64,000 nucleotides of DNA, from positions 243,550-307,549 of IMG/VR virus record IMGVR_UViG_3300028887_000066. One strand, written 5' to 3'. Shown here piece by piece: positions 17,882 through 27,026 of this stretch; position 1 is the first letter of the stretch, and the number at the start of each line of letters is the position of its first letter. A model generated the notes under the pieces. That model ran no database searches, was not told where the DNA came from, and saw nothing but the letters and a program-made list of their open reading frames with translations. The stretch is from a virus. Its lineage: Duplodnaviria; Heunggongvirae; Uroviricota; Caudoviricetes. A program made the position numbers and the translations under genes.

Positions 17882-18355
17882 TTATTTATTTCTTTCCCTG
17901 TAATTAAATACTTGTTTTTTGATTCCTTCACGCCTCATTATGGAACATAATATCGTAAGATCTCCGAAATTATTACATTCTCTATATTCGGATTTTTTGA
18001 TCAATGAAATTTCATCCGTCTCTTCATCCCATTCCAATAACCCCCAGTTATCACCCAATTCGTCAGGTTTTATTATTCCTTTCGGGGCTAAATAATATCT
18101 ATAGTTTCCGACAGAGTATTTTTTAAACTGTTCATTACGGCTTTTTTTCTTGCTGTCTTTCTTGAAATCCGCCCTTGACGTTTTAACCTCAATAATGGTT
18201 GATTGCCATCCAGAAGTACCGTATACATCAGTACATTCCATTCCCTGCGTTATAATTTCGACGGCAACGTATTTTATAGACCAATAGTACATGCTCTGCA
18301 TGAACTCAGCCCCTTTTTTACAAAGCCTGTAATGTAATGAATTAGTTTTTGACAT
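17882..18355 (-). CDS. PD-(D/E)XK nuclease-fold protein (MmcB/DUF1052-like)
   Basis: YVAVEIITQGMECTDVYG .. STIIEVKTS gives the D .. E-V-K catalytic arrangement. Confidence 0.5.
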   Translation of the reverse strand: MSKTNSLHYRLCKKGAEFMQSMYYWSIKYVAVEIITQGMECTDVYGTSGWQSTIIEVKTSRADFKKDSKKKSRNEQFKKYSVGNYRYYLAPKGIIKPDELGDNWGLLEWDEETDEISLIKKSEYRECNNFGDLTILCSIMRREGIKKQVFNYRERNK

Positions 18356-18440
18356 TAAAATCTTGTTATCTTAGACAAATATACAATAAAAATGGAAGGC
18401 TCTTGAGAGTCTTCCATATAAAAACACCGTATTAGTGGAT

Positions 18441-18842
18441 TCAACGATTTTTTAAAACCTCGACCTTTATTAAAATAACTCCGAGCCTGTGTGCCGCAAT
18501 TTTTCCAAAGGCCCCGTATGTAAGGTCAAGCCTGTTAGGGTGCTTATTGGCAAAGCCTCCCCTGTCTGTGACTTTTACGATTACCGACTTACCGTTTTGT
18601 ATGTTAGTAACCTTTAGTCTCGTGCCAAATGGGAAATCCTTATGTGCTGCGCAAGTCATAGCATTCATATTGAATACGTCTCCATTTGCAGTATACCTAC
18701 GTCCCTTGTAAGTATTTCCGTAGTACGTGGCATCCCATTTTCCCTCTTTGACAATAATAGAATTGCTCCCCTTGTCGTTTGCCTGTGAATTAACGCTAAC
18801 TGTACCAAGCATAAACAAGAGCAAAATTAAAATTTGCTTCAT
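18441..18842 (-). CDS. secreted RlpA-like double-psi beta-barrel (lytic transglycosylase-type) protein
   Basis: Signal peptide; ATYYG..RYTANGDVF..MTCAAHKDFPFGTRLKVTNIQNGKSVIVKVTDRG matches the RlpA DPBB domain. Confidence 0.75.
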   Translation of the reverse strand: MKQILILLLFMLGTVSVNSQANDKGSNSIIVKEGKWDATYYGNTYKGRRYTANGDVFNMNAMTCAAHKDFPFGTRLKVTNIQNGKSVIVKVTDRGGFANKHPNRLDLTYGAFGKIAAHRLGVILIKVEVLKNR

Positions 18843-18987
18843 AAAACGTAAAATTTTTGGAGCTGTTATCTGCCCCCATAGTTATTATTATGCACGGCTA
18901 TCCACATGCCGTGTTTCCTTGTGGTTCAGAACAAACCAAAAACGGTACGTTTATAAATATACAAAATTTTAACTTTTTTTGATCATA

Positions 18988-19245
18988 TTAAGGTTTTTCT
19001 TTGAGTTTTTTAACTAATAAATCCTTGATATTCCCATATGTACGACATCTGACAATTTCAATATTTTTTATTTTAATACCAAGTTTATTTTCACACTCCA
19101 AAGCCGTTTCCATTACTTTTAAGGAATCCAACCCAAGATCATTAAGTAATGAAATATCATCGTTAATTTCTATTTTATTTTCTTTGATCTCCGATTTAAA
19201 TATAGTTTTCAATAAATCGTCAACCTTTTCCTCAAATTCATTCAT
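18988..19245 (-). CDS. acyl carrier protein
   Basis: DLGLDSLKVMETALECENKLGI contains the phosphopantetheine-attachment DLGxDSL motif; start set to Met19 to avoid overlap. Confidence 0.8.
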   Translation of the reverse strand: MNEFEEKVDDLLKTIFKSEIKENKIEINDDISLLNDLGLDSLKVMETALECENKLGIKIKNIEIVRCRTYGNIKDLLVKKLKEKP

Positions 19246-19258
19246 TGGATATAAAAAA

Positions 19259-19801
19259 TTATTCTGCTGTGCTAACTTCATATACTTTGTTTTTACCACC
19301 CTTTTCGGGCTTCATACAAGGAATAAACGCCATTTTCAATGCGTCATAATTCTTGATGTATGTAAAATTGTCAATATATATTGCATCAAACTTGTTTCCG
19401 ATAAAATTTTCAGGTCTTGTCATTACACTTACCTTTATAATATGCCCCTTGTACTGAAGCGTCATGTTCTTTTGGTTCATCCTGATTATTTTAATTGGCT
19501 CAGGATATTCATCTAAAACGCCTTTCAAAGCATCCATCACGGCTTTTGCGGCAGGCAATGAATGGTTCACATGGGCAATATTAAATTCATCTTTTTCATT
19601 GTTTATAATATCGTAAGCCATTTTAGCCACTAATGCCGTTGTCATTCCCGTCTGTCTACTTGAATCGAATGACATTGGGGCATTCTCCCATGCAAGCAAT
19701 AAGCATCGTTGAAGGTCTGACGGGTAGAATTTGCTTTTCTTTCGTGTCTTTTTATCAATAATAGTTACATACTTTTCAATAAATTCCAATATATTCATCA
19801 T
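19259..19801 (-). CDS. hypothetical protein with degenerate P-loop-like motif (SRQTGMTTAL)
   Basis: ORF. Confidence 0.5.
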   Translation of the reverse strand: MMNILEFIEKYVTIIDKKTRKKSKFYPSDLQRCLLLAWENAPMSFDSSRQTGMTTALVAKMAYDIINNEKDEFNIAHVNHSLPAAKAVMDALKGVLDEYPEPIKIIRMNQKNMTLQYKGHIIKVSVMTRPENFIGNKFDAIYIDNFTYIKNYDALKMAFIPCMKPEKGGKNKVYEVSTAE

Positions 19802-19879
19802 TAAACATTTTTATAAAAATACAAATAAAAAACGGCAAGGAAACAAAAAGTTATCCTTGCCGACATTTGAATTTTAGCG

Positions 19880-20695
19880 TTATCTATTAAAAGCAGTTAT
19901 CAATTGTTTCAGTAACCATTGCCCTCTTTGGTTCTGTCCTATTTCTTGTCTTAACTGGGCTATTATTGTCTCTATTTTATCATCATCAGGATTATCATAA
20001 TCACCCAAAACTGTCCTCGCAATTGCAGGTATTTTATGCTCTTGGTTATACGCCCATTTCAAATTACTTAATTTACTGAATGGTATCCAAGCAGCCACGT
20101 CTATCTCACCTACCTCACAATTCGCCGTAGATGTCGGATATTGGTCTGTTGTACCATTGACTATGGCTGTAAAACATACGTTAATATCCTTATTGTTGGA
20201 ATTGGTAGAGTATTGGTTTATCCTATTTATATCAATTTTAACGCCTGTTTCCTCATACACCTCACGTGCAATGCCCATTTCAAGTGTCTCATATTGTTTC
20301 ATACCGTTTTTCCCTATGGTATGAGCCATATCAAGGTATCCACCAGGAACGGCAAACAAACCGTTTCCTCCGTGTGCCTTCGGCCCTCTTTTAACCGCCA
20401 ACACGCACCATTCATCATTCTTATTTTTACAGAATGCATAAATGGACATACTCGTATTACGACTTACATAGAAAACCTGACCACCACGCCTTACGGCAAA
20501 ATTATTTTTAGTCTTTGCCCATTCATCACCAAATTTTGTATTAGGATCGTATTCCAATGACACTATATTATTAGGATCTCTTGGGTCATATGGCAATCTG
20601 TTTCTATGCGCTTCCTGTAATCCTTTCTTAATGGATTCTTTTATATGCTGTCTTAATTCTGTTTCCGTTAGTCTCATACAAGTAAATACCTTCAA
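19880..20695 (-). CDS. NUDIX hydrolase with ~100-aa N-terminal extension carrying the shared leader
   Basis: Nudix box GIAREVYEETGVKI (GX5EX7REUXEEXGU); N-terminus MRLTETELRQHIKESIKKGLQE. Confidence 0.8.
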   Translation of the reverse strand: MKVFTCMRLTETELRQHIKESIKKGLQEAHRNRLPYDPRDPNNIVSLEYDPNTKFGDEWAKTKNNFAVRRGGQVFYVSRNTSMSIYAFCKNKNDEWCVLAVKRGPKAHGGNGLFAVPGGYLDMAHTIGKNGMKQYETLEMGIAREVYEETGVKIDINRINQYSTNSNNKDINVCFTAIVNGTTDQYPTSTANCEVGEIDVAAWIPFSKLSNLKWAYNQEHKIPAIARTVLGDYDNPDDDKIETIIAQLRQEIGQNQRGQWLLKQLITAFNR

Positions 20696-20777
20696 AGTGC
20701 AAAAAATGCACTATAAAACGGCAATTAACCATTTATAGTGCATCAAACACAAACAATATCATGAACAACAAAAAACA

Positions 20778-21164
20778 CTATCGTGCCATTTTTACTAAGA
20801 TATTTCTCTTGACCTTTGACGGAATGTTTGCCTCATCATCAAGAATACGTTTCACAATGCTGTATGCTTCACCATACATTTCAGCGGTGGCATCTTCAAT
20901 TTTTTGCCCAGCACGAGGATCAGTACCGTTACGATACCCATACATATACAAATACCCGTCCATAAGATTAAGCTTCAAACTGTGAAGCCAAGGTGACTCG
21001 TTGTTACCATTATCATTCTTCCAACGATGGTAGTTTGCAAAATTAATACTCCGAAGACCTCGCATTTTCATCAAATCCTTCAATGATGCGCGAAGCTCAA
21101 TTTTCCGATAATCCAAAGATTTCTTCTTTCCGAACATGTTCTTAAAATTTTCTAAAAAACTCAT
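20778..21164 (-). CDS. hypothetical protein (128 aa)
   Basis: ORF. Confidence 0.55.
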   Translation of the reverse strand: MSFLENFKNMFGKKKSLDYRKIELRASLKDLMKMRGLRSINFANYHRWKNDNGNNESPWLHSLKLNLMDGYLYMYGYRNGTDPRAGQKIEDATAEMYGEAYSIVKRILDDEANIPSKVKRNILVKMAR

Positions 21165-21264
21165 ATGATTTATATTTGAAACTATATTGTCTCTCTCACC
21201 CTAAATATACAACATTTTTTCCTATTTAAAGCTATTTATTATAATAAAAAACACTTTTTCAAAA

Positions 21265-21909
21265 ATGAAATTGACAGAAAAACTATTAAGAGAATCTATA
21301 AAGAGAGTTATCAAGGAATACCTTGACTATTCGCCTGCCGACCTTGGTCTTAGTTGGGATGATGAAGAAGACCCGATGGCACAATCAGACGCAGAATATG
21401 ATGAATTCATGGATAAATATATGAAGGATAACCCAAACGAGTTTGAAAAAGAATTTGGTAGTCTTGAAAAACCATCTGAGACAAACAATGAAACTATCGA
21501 TACAAATGATATGCCATTTGAATCCAAGGAATTAAACGAGGCACAACTCAGAGCTATGGTAAGAGAGCAAGTGGAGAAGTTAATTAAGGAAAACTATCCA
21601 TTAGGCGCACAATATGACCCACGCGCACCTTGGAATCAGGCTCCTGATGTTACAAATAAGGTGACAGTCGATGGTACTGCATATTACGGCAATGATGAGA
21701 CGGAAGAAGATAAGGCAATACCATTCAGTGTCGAAGTAGAAGCATACGGAGAATATGAGGATGATTGGGATGAAGACGGACGCTCATCATATTTTGTCCC
21801 ATCTGATGATAATGACTATATAAGTCTCGTCAGACAAAGTGGTCAAGTACCTGATACAATAGATGGTGGTTTTACATTAGTGGATATTGATATTGATTCT
21901 GTAAATTGA
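21265..21909 (+). CDS. acidic hypothetical protein with the shared N-terminal leader (MKLTEKLLRESIKRVIKEYL)
   Basis: Plus-strand ORF, Asp/Glu-rich. Confidence 0.6.
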   Translation: MKLTEKLLRESIKRVIKEYLDYSPADLGLSWDDEEDPMAQSDAEYDEFMDKYMKDNPNEFEKEFGSLEKPSETNNETIDTNDMPFESKELNEAQLRAMVREQVEKLIKENYPLGAQYDPRAPWNQAPDVTNKVTVDGTAYYGNDETEEDKAIPFSVEVEAYGEYEDDWDEDGRSSYFVPSDDNDYISLVRQSGQVPDTIDGGFTLVDIDIDSVN

Positions 21910-21956
21910 TCATTATAATAGCGGTAAGGAAAAAACACCATACCGCTATTATTGTA

Positions 21957-22469
21957 CTATGCTATAAATTTTTTTACCTCGTCCGAAAGGGTCTTTCCAT
22001 CAACATTATTGAGCTTTCCCTTTACATATTTGATACAGAGTCCCATATGTTGTTTTGGCATCGCATTTGTAAACCCGTTCTCATTCATATAGTTTCCAAT
22101 TTCAAGACGCATTTCGTCAAGAGTCGCAGCCTTTGGTAAGAATCCCTGAATTATTGCAATCTCTTTTTCCTCTTTTTCAGCAAGTTCAGGACGGTTTCCT
22201 GTTTTATATGCAATTACAGACTGTTGCCTCTCTTTGATCATCTTATTAAGTATGGAAAGCTTATCTTCATCCGAAATCTCTTTCTTACCATCAATTTCTA
22301 CAAGTTTCTTAACGCCTTGCTCTGATGTTCTGAACTCAATGAATTTAGCCTTAATGAGCTTGTAAACAGCCAATTCCTCTTTCTTTCCACCGACATCAAC
22401 CGTTTTGTCATTTAATGCTTGACTTATTTCCTTTGTCTTTCCTAAAATAAGTTTATCTATATCAATCAT
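21957..22469 (-). CDS. GatB/YqeY domain protein
   Basis: LAEKEEKEIAIIQGFLPKAATLDEMRLEI .. MGLCIKYVKGKLNNVDGKTLSDEVKKFI matches the YqeY family layout. Confidence 0.7.
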   Translation of the reverse strand: MIDIDKLILGKTKEISQALNDKTVDVGGKKEELAVYKLIKAKFIEFRTSEQGVKKLVEIDGKKEISDEDKLSILNKMIKERQQSVIAYKTGNRPELAEKEEKEIAIIQGFLPKAATLDEMRLEIGNYMNENGFTNAMPKQHMGLCIKYVKGKLNNVDGKTLSDEVKKFIA

Positions 22470-22489
22470 AACTTTAACTAAAATTTATT

Positions 22490-23248
22490 TTACTTATACT
22501 TTTCTTCCGTTGTGACCATTTCATAACTGGCCGCATTTACAAAATTCTTAAACATAAACACATTGGTAAGTCTTTCCCCAAGATAACCACCTATCCTGTA
22601 TTGGTATGATTCCTCAGTTCCTGGATATACTTTTCCTTCACAATATTTGTCTTTATTGTCTTCGATTCTTTTTTTAATGTCAGTGCCTACAATTTCCACA
22701 TACTTATTCAAAACCCCGAAAACAAAATCACAATACTTGATGAAATCGTCTTTCTTCATTATAAACATGTTGCATGGGATAAATACTTGTGACTTCATTG
22801 CATTATCAAAAGCATTCAAGTAATCCTGAAAATGTTCACTTATAATGGTACGGCAAATATTCAAGTCTTCAATATTATGGCAAGCACTGTAGTTACCAAG
22901 CATATCTGTTCCAAATACTAATCTTCCTGCTGTAATCACATCAATTGTCTTAAACCATTCATCAATGTCAGGTATATTGTCCATAAACGAAAAATATTTC
23001 CTATAATGGCAGAAACCGACATAATCTTTCAGAGGAAGATTTTCATATACCCATTTGTAATGCCAAAATTCCGAATAGAATTTTTCATCCATTGGCAAAT
23101 CGACCTGATCACAAAAATAAGATTTAAGTTTATATTCATCCACCCCCCCCCTAATGGTGCTGAGTACCTTATAGGCATCATTTGTGACACTTGGTATAAA
23201 TTCTTTGTATGTACAAATGAAAATGTCTAAATTTCTATTATCCTTCAT
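22490..23248 (-). CDS. putative glycosyltransferase (DUF4422-like)
   Basis: FCHYRKYF .. RIGGYLGERL resemble DUF4422 GT-like proteins of Bacteroidales; weak. Confidence 0.35.
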   Translation of the reverse strand: MKDNRNLDIFICTYKEFIPSVTNDAYKVLSTIRGGVDEYKLKSYFCDQVDLPMDEKFYSEFWHYKWVYENLPLKDYVGFCHYRKYFSFMDNIPDIDEWFKTIDVITAGRLVFGTDMLGNYSACHNIEDLNICRTIISEHFQDYLNAFDNAMKSQVFIPCNMFIMKKDDFIKYCDFVFGVLNKYVEIVGTDIKKRIEDNKDKYCEGKVYPGTEESYQYRIGGYLGERLTNVFMFKNFVNAASYEMVTTEEKYK

Positions 23249-24359
23249 TAATCGGTATTTCGTATGTAGAAATGTTATCCTCTACAATATAATTCTCATT
23301 GATGCTTGTTACAACATGCGGGTTAGCAAGATAACTGTCAATAGGACGCTTGATTTTTTTATAGTAAAGGAAATTCTCAGGATGCATAACATCCATATAT
23401 GTGCGGTATACCATAATACCAATATCTTCTGCCGTGCGAGTCTCCTTATATTTTTCTTGCCTATCAAAACCGTAGTCATCAATATTGAATTTCTTTTCCA
23501 ATTTGAGTGCGAGTTCAACCCGTTGTTCTGGCGTATCAATCGGAACACCATTTTCCACTTCACATTTAACGGCCTTTGCTATATCCTCATAATAGACATT
23601 ATGACTATAGTCACGCACCCAAGAATCAAAATATTCAATATATTGTTCCTTACCGTCGAAATTAACCTTACACCATTTATGTGCCTTTGAGTCAAAACAG
23701 TTAGCCAGATCTTCCCAACAAAAATATGATTCGAAATCACTTGCATAATAATAACTGTTTTTGTGTGATTCCTCGCTGCTCCATTCACTTATGAATTTAA
23801 TTTCGCCATTTTCAAGAACAGGCTCTATATTTGTAAAACCACGAAGAGTCTTTATGTTAGTAACATTCCTGTCTTTCAAAAAACGCATCAGTAAATCAAT
23901 GGGGTCGAACAAATCCTGTAGATGCAAATCACAATGGAAATTCATATGCCCCCAATTTAAACGGTCAAATATTTCCCGCCTAATATCTTTGGCGATAAAA
24001 TCTTTTCTGTTCTGACTTAATCGGTTATAACCGTGTGTTGCGATTTCGCCTGAATGCATTGCAGCATATGTATGACGGCCAAGCCCATAATGGAATGACA
24101 ACCATATAAGATCATCTACCTTAGATGTCGGCAATACTTTTAATGGGGCAGACTTCTTACGACGTTTCTTCAAAAACTCCCTGAACTCAGCGACTAATTG
24201 ATGATATTCCTCAGAGTCAAAATCTACATTGAAATATTCGTCTTCTCGTTCATTTTTCAACCCTATTGCATATCGATACGACATCCATACTAAATCTTCC
24301 GCATACATGTCGTCAAAATCATTCTTTTTCTTCTTAGTCATTATTTTCTGTTTTTTCAA
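23238..24359 (-). CDS. hypothetical protein (373 aa)
   Basis: Long ORF. Confidence 0.6.
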   Translation of the reverse strand: MKKQKIMTKKKKNDFDDMYAEDLVWMSYRYAIGLKNEREDEYFNVDFDSEEYHQLVAEFREFLKKRRKKSAPLKVLPTSKVDDLIWLSFHYGLGRHTYAAMHSGEIATHGYNRLSQNRKDFIAKDIRREIFDRLNWGHMNFHCDLHLQDLFDPIDLLMRFLKDRNVTNIKTLRGFTNIEPVLENGEIKFISEWSSEESHKNSYYYASDFESYFCWEDLANCFDSKAHKWCKVNFDGKEQYIEYFDSWVRDYSHNVYYEDIAKAVKCEVENGVPIDTPEQRVELALKLEKKFNIDDYGFDRQEKYKETRTAEDIGIMVYRTYMDVMHPENFLYYKKIKRPIDSYLANPHVVTSINENYIVEDNISTYEIPINEG

Positions 24360-24822
24360 CGATGACCAATGCGTGTCTTATAATCTCCCCGTTCATCTTA
24401 TAACCCACTTTATATATGTTAGAAATGCAATTATCGGAAACATCGCCACTGTTTGAGGTGGATACGGCATTATGTATGTCAGGATTGAATTCATCGCCGA
24501 TAGAGCCATATGCTTCGACTCCACATTCTTTCAGTACATTAAATAATTTACTGTAAATCAACTTTATACCTTCACCGTCTGACCCCATTTTATGTGCCAT
24601 TTCACAATCATCGATGACAGTAATTAAAGATAAGATTATTTCTTTTCCTGCCGTATTCCGTATGGTTTCAATTTCCTTCGCCTTTCTCTTCTTGTAGTTA
24701 TCAAATTCGGCTAAAAGCCTAACATACATATCTTGGTAGTCAGGCTGCTTAACCTCTTCATCATTAACTATAACAGGCTGCTCATTTTCAACAGGCATGT
24801 TATTCAACATTGTCTTTAGCAT
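24334..24822 (-). CDS. grpE: GrpE nucleotide-exchange factor
   Basis: LLAEFDNYKKRKAKE .. DEFNPDIHNAV .. GYKMNGEIIRHALVIV align with GrpE's AEFENYRKR and FDP..HEAV..GY..R..RPA.V motifs. Confidence 0.8.
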   Translation of the reverse strand: MLKTMLNNMPVENEQPVIVNDEEVKQPDYQDMYVRLLAEFDNYKKRKAKEIETIRNTAGKEIILSLITVIDDCEMAHKMGSDGEGIKLIYSKLFNVLKECGVEAYGSIGDEFNPDIHNAVSTSNSGDVSDNCISNIYKVGYKMNGEIIRHALVIVEKTENND

Positions 24823-25132
24823 CGGTCTTATTTTCTTTCTCCTCTTCGTAATCGTAAACTTTCTTTAAAAAGTTGGCGACTTCTTGCATTTTCGTATAAT
24901 CACTTGGTTTTAATATTACCTCGCCAAAATCACCATATTTCGACCTATAGCCAAATATATACTTGATACCAAGCCATAGTCTCTTGAAAAATGGCAATGT
25001 ATTCAAATGAAACGATGCATATACACAAGGATAACTATCGTTTTCGTAGTCAGTCCAATAATTCATTAATATCTGATCAGCTACGTCTCCACAAGAGCAT
25101 AAAAACAAAATATTTCTTTCGTCGTCTCTCAT
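24800..25132 (-). CDS. hypothetical protein (110 aa)
   Basis: ORF. Confidence 0.5.
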   Translation of the reverse strand: MRDDERNILFLCSCGDVADQILMNYWTDYENDSYPCVYASFHLNTLPFFKRLWLGIKYIFGYRSKYGDFGEVILKPSDYTKMQEVANFLKKVYDYEEEKENKTDAKDNVE

Positions 25133-25138
25133 ATTTTT

Positions 25139-25444
25139 TTAATTTGGAATGCCAATTGTTACATAAAATACATCATCAACTACATCATTGTCTATTTTTA
25201 CGACAAATGCGTTAGGAAAACGAAGCTCAATTTGGAACATCATTTTGGCTAATGCCTCAAAATAATTACTCCAAATACCACGCCCGTTCAAACCTCCTGC
25301 AATGACAAAGCTGTCATAGCCATTATCCGTGGTCGTAAAACTATCCTCAAGTACAGTTAGTGTACCTCCATCGTGACACACCTTTGTGCAATCAATCTTA
25401 GAGATAGCTTTTTGAATAATCTCAATAATCTTGTTACCTTCCAT
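25139..25444 (-). CDS. hypothetical protein (101 aa)
   Basis: ORF. Confidence 0.5.
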   Translation of the reverse strand: MEGNKIIEIIQKAISKIDCTKVCHDGGTLTVLEDSFTTTDNGYDSFVIAGGLNGRGIWSNYFEALAKMMFQIELRFPNAFVVKIDNDVVDDVFYVTIGIPN

Positions 25445-25449
25445 ATTTC

Positions 25450-25776
25450 TTATTTAGTTTTTAATCCTAACTGATAATTTAATATTTTTTTAATATCATT
25501 TACATCTTCAATATATCCTTCAAACATTGATTCCCATTCGTAGACAGACATAAAAAACATTTCCACCTTAATTTGCATCCCATATTTGTCTGGTATAAAC
25601 ACCCATAAACGATATTTTGCCGTCCACCAACTACTGCCAATAGGCTTTTCCATATCTTGAAAATCTTTTGTTTCCCAAATGCCAATATTTACCCCATGTC
25701 CAGTATAAGTGAAAATACCAAAATTATCATCAAGTATTTTTATAATTGTATTTCTTATTTCATCGTATTTTCCCAT
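25450..25776 (-). CDS. hypothetical protein (108 aa)
   Basis: ORF. Confidence 0.5.
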   Translation of the reverse strand: MGKYDEIRNTIIKILDDNFGIFTYTGHGVNIGIWETKDFQDMEKPIGSSWWTAKYRLWVFIPDKYGMQIKVEMFFMSVYEWESMFEGYIEDVNDIKKILNYQLGLKTK

Positions 25777-26143
25777 AATTATCTATTTTATAAGCTGTAG
25801 GATCCCAATAGTCAATATCAGGCATTTGTGGTCTGTATTTTTCTTTGAATTTCTCGAATTCTTCGATAAAGACCTGTTCACTTATTTCATATCTTCTGAA
25901 AAACGAATCATATTGTATTGTTTGGTAAAGTATGAAAAAAGTGCCTCCCGATACTTTATAGTCATAGAATCTTGCATATTTCTTATGTCCTAAACCGTTA
26001 GTGTTGGCCTTAATATAGAACTTCTTATTACAAAAATCCTGAAACTCTAACACCTTCTTATTCATCTTGTTTTTTTGATATGAAATACAACTCACAACTA
26101 TGACAACAACACATAAGATTCCTAAAATTAAAGCCAAACACAT
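25760..26143 (-). CDS. hypothetical protein with N-terminal TM helix (127 aa)
   Basis: ORF. Confidence 0.5.
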   Translation of the reverse strand: MCLALILGILCVVVIVVSCISYQKNKMNKKVLEFQDFCNKKFYIKANTNGLGHKKYARFYDYKVSGGTFFILYQTIQYDSFFRRYEISEQVFIEEFEKFKEKYRPQMPDIDYWDPTAYKIDNYGKIR

Positions 26144-26172
26144 AACGTTACCTCCTTTTCTTCTATAGTGAA

Positions 26173-26514
26173 CTATTCACGCTGATTATAATTCTTTTCT
26201 ACGTATTCCCACAATTTTTCATCTGTTGAAAGGTCTATGGGTGTACCGTCCTTTTCCCAAGCAAAATATTCCTTTTCTTCATTTCCGCTTTTCTTGCTCT
26301 TCTCCAACAGACGAGGAGCATCATACAACGCCCACGAAATCCAATCCCATCCATCTTCTCCGTAGGCTTCTGTAAATGCCAATGCCTGCAACGCCCAATA
26401 TGACTTGCACAATTCAGTGTCAATAATGTCAATTCCGAGCTTTCTCAATGTTTCAATATCATTATCCGTTTTGCGGATAGTATCAAGCACCTCTTTGAAT
26501 TTCTCTAATTTCAT
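26173..26514 (-). CDS. hypothetical protein (113 aa)
   Basis: ORF. Confidence 0.5.
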   Translation of the reverse strand: MKLEKFKEVLDTIRKTDNDIETLRKLGIDIIDTELCKSYWALQALAFTEAYGEDGWDWISWALYDAPRLLEKSKKSGNEEKEYFAWEKDGTPIDLSTDEKLWEYVEKNYNQRE

Positions 26515-27026
26515 GCCTTAATATATTTAGTATCTACAAACTTAGTGAGCCAAACTCCATTGTTACTCAAATAAAACTTGTTTCCGTCGTTATGCATCGT
26601 TTTTGCGTCAATTACCAATACAATTGGCTTACCGTGCCTCTTTCCTACATTAATGGCAGTATCCGCATCAGCGGACAAATGTACATGCAGCCTTGTTCCG
26701 CTGTTTATTCCGCTTTTCATAATGGAATCCAAAAAACGTGTAGCCGTACCGTGATATAATGTATCAGGAGGTGTCATTTCCTTCAATTCCACATTAACTT
26801 CCACACTATGCCCTTGTCTTGCACGGATATATTTTCTGTCTTCAGAATACTCAAATCGTTTTTTGTTGTTAGTTTCAACGATTTCATCAAGTATTTCAGG
26901 TGTATAGCCGTGATTTCTTAACAAATCATCAACCTCACGCCAACCATGCTCGTCAAATTTATACTCTTTATCGTGTCTGAGAAGAAAAGCTAATTCCTTA
27001 CCTTTTTCAATTACTATATTTTTCAT
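26511..27026 (-). CDS. kptA: RNA 2'-phosphotransferase (Tpt1/KptA family)
   Basis: LRHDKEYKFDEHGW..KKRFEYS..IRARQGHSVEV..LYHGTATRFLDSI..RLHVHLSADADTAINVGKRHGKPIVLVIDA..GVWLT match Tpt1 conserved blocks. Confidence 0.85.
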   Translation of the reverse strand: MKNIVIEKGKELAFLLRHDKEYKFDEHGWREVDDLLRNHGYTPEILDEIVETNNKKRFEYSEDRKYIRARQGHSVEVNVELKEMTPPDTLYHGTATRFLDSIMKSGINSGTRLHVHLSADADTAINVGKRHGKPIVLVIDAKTMHNDGNKFYLSNNGVWLTKFVDTKYIKA

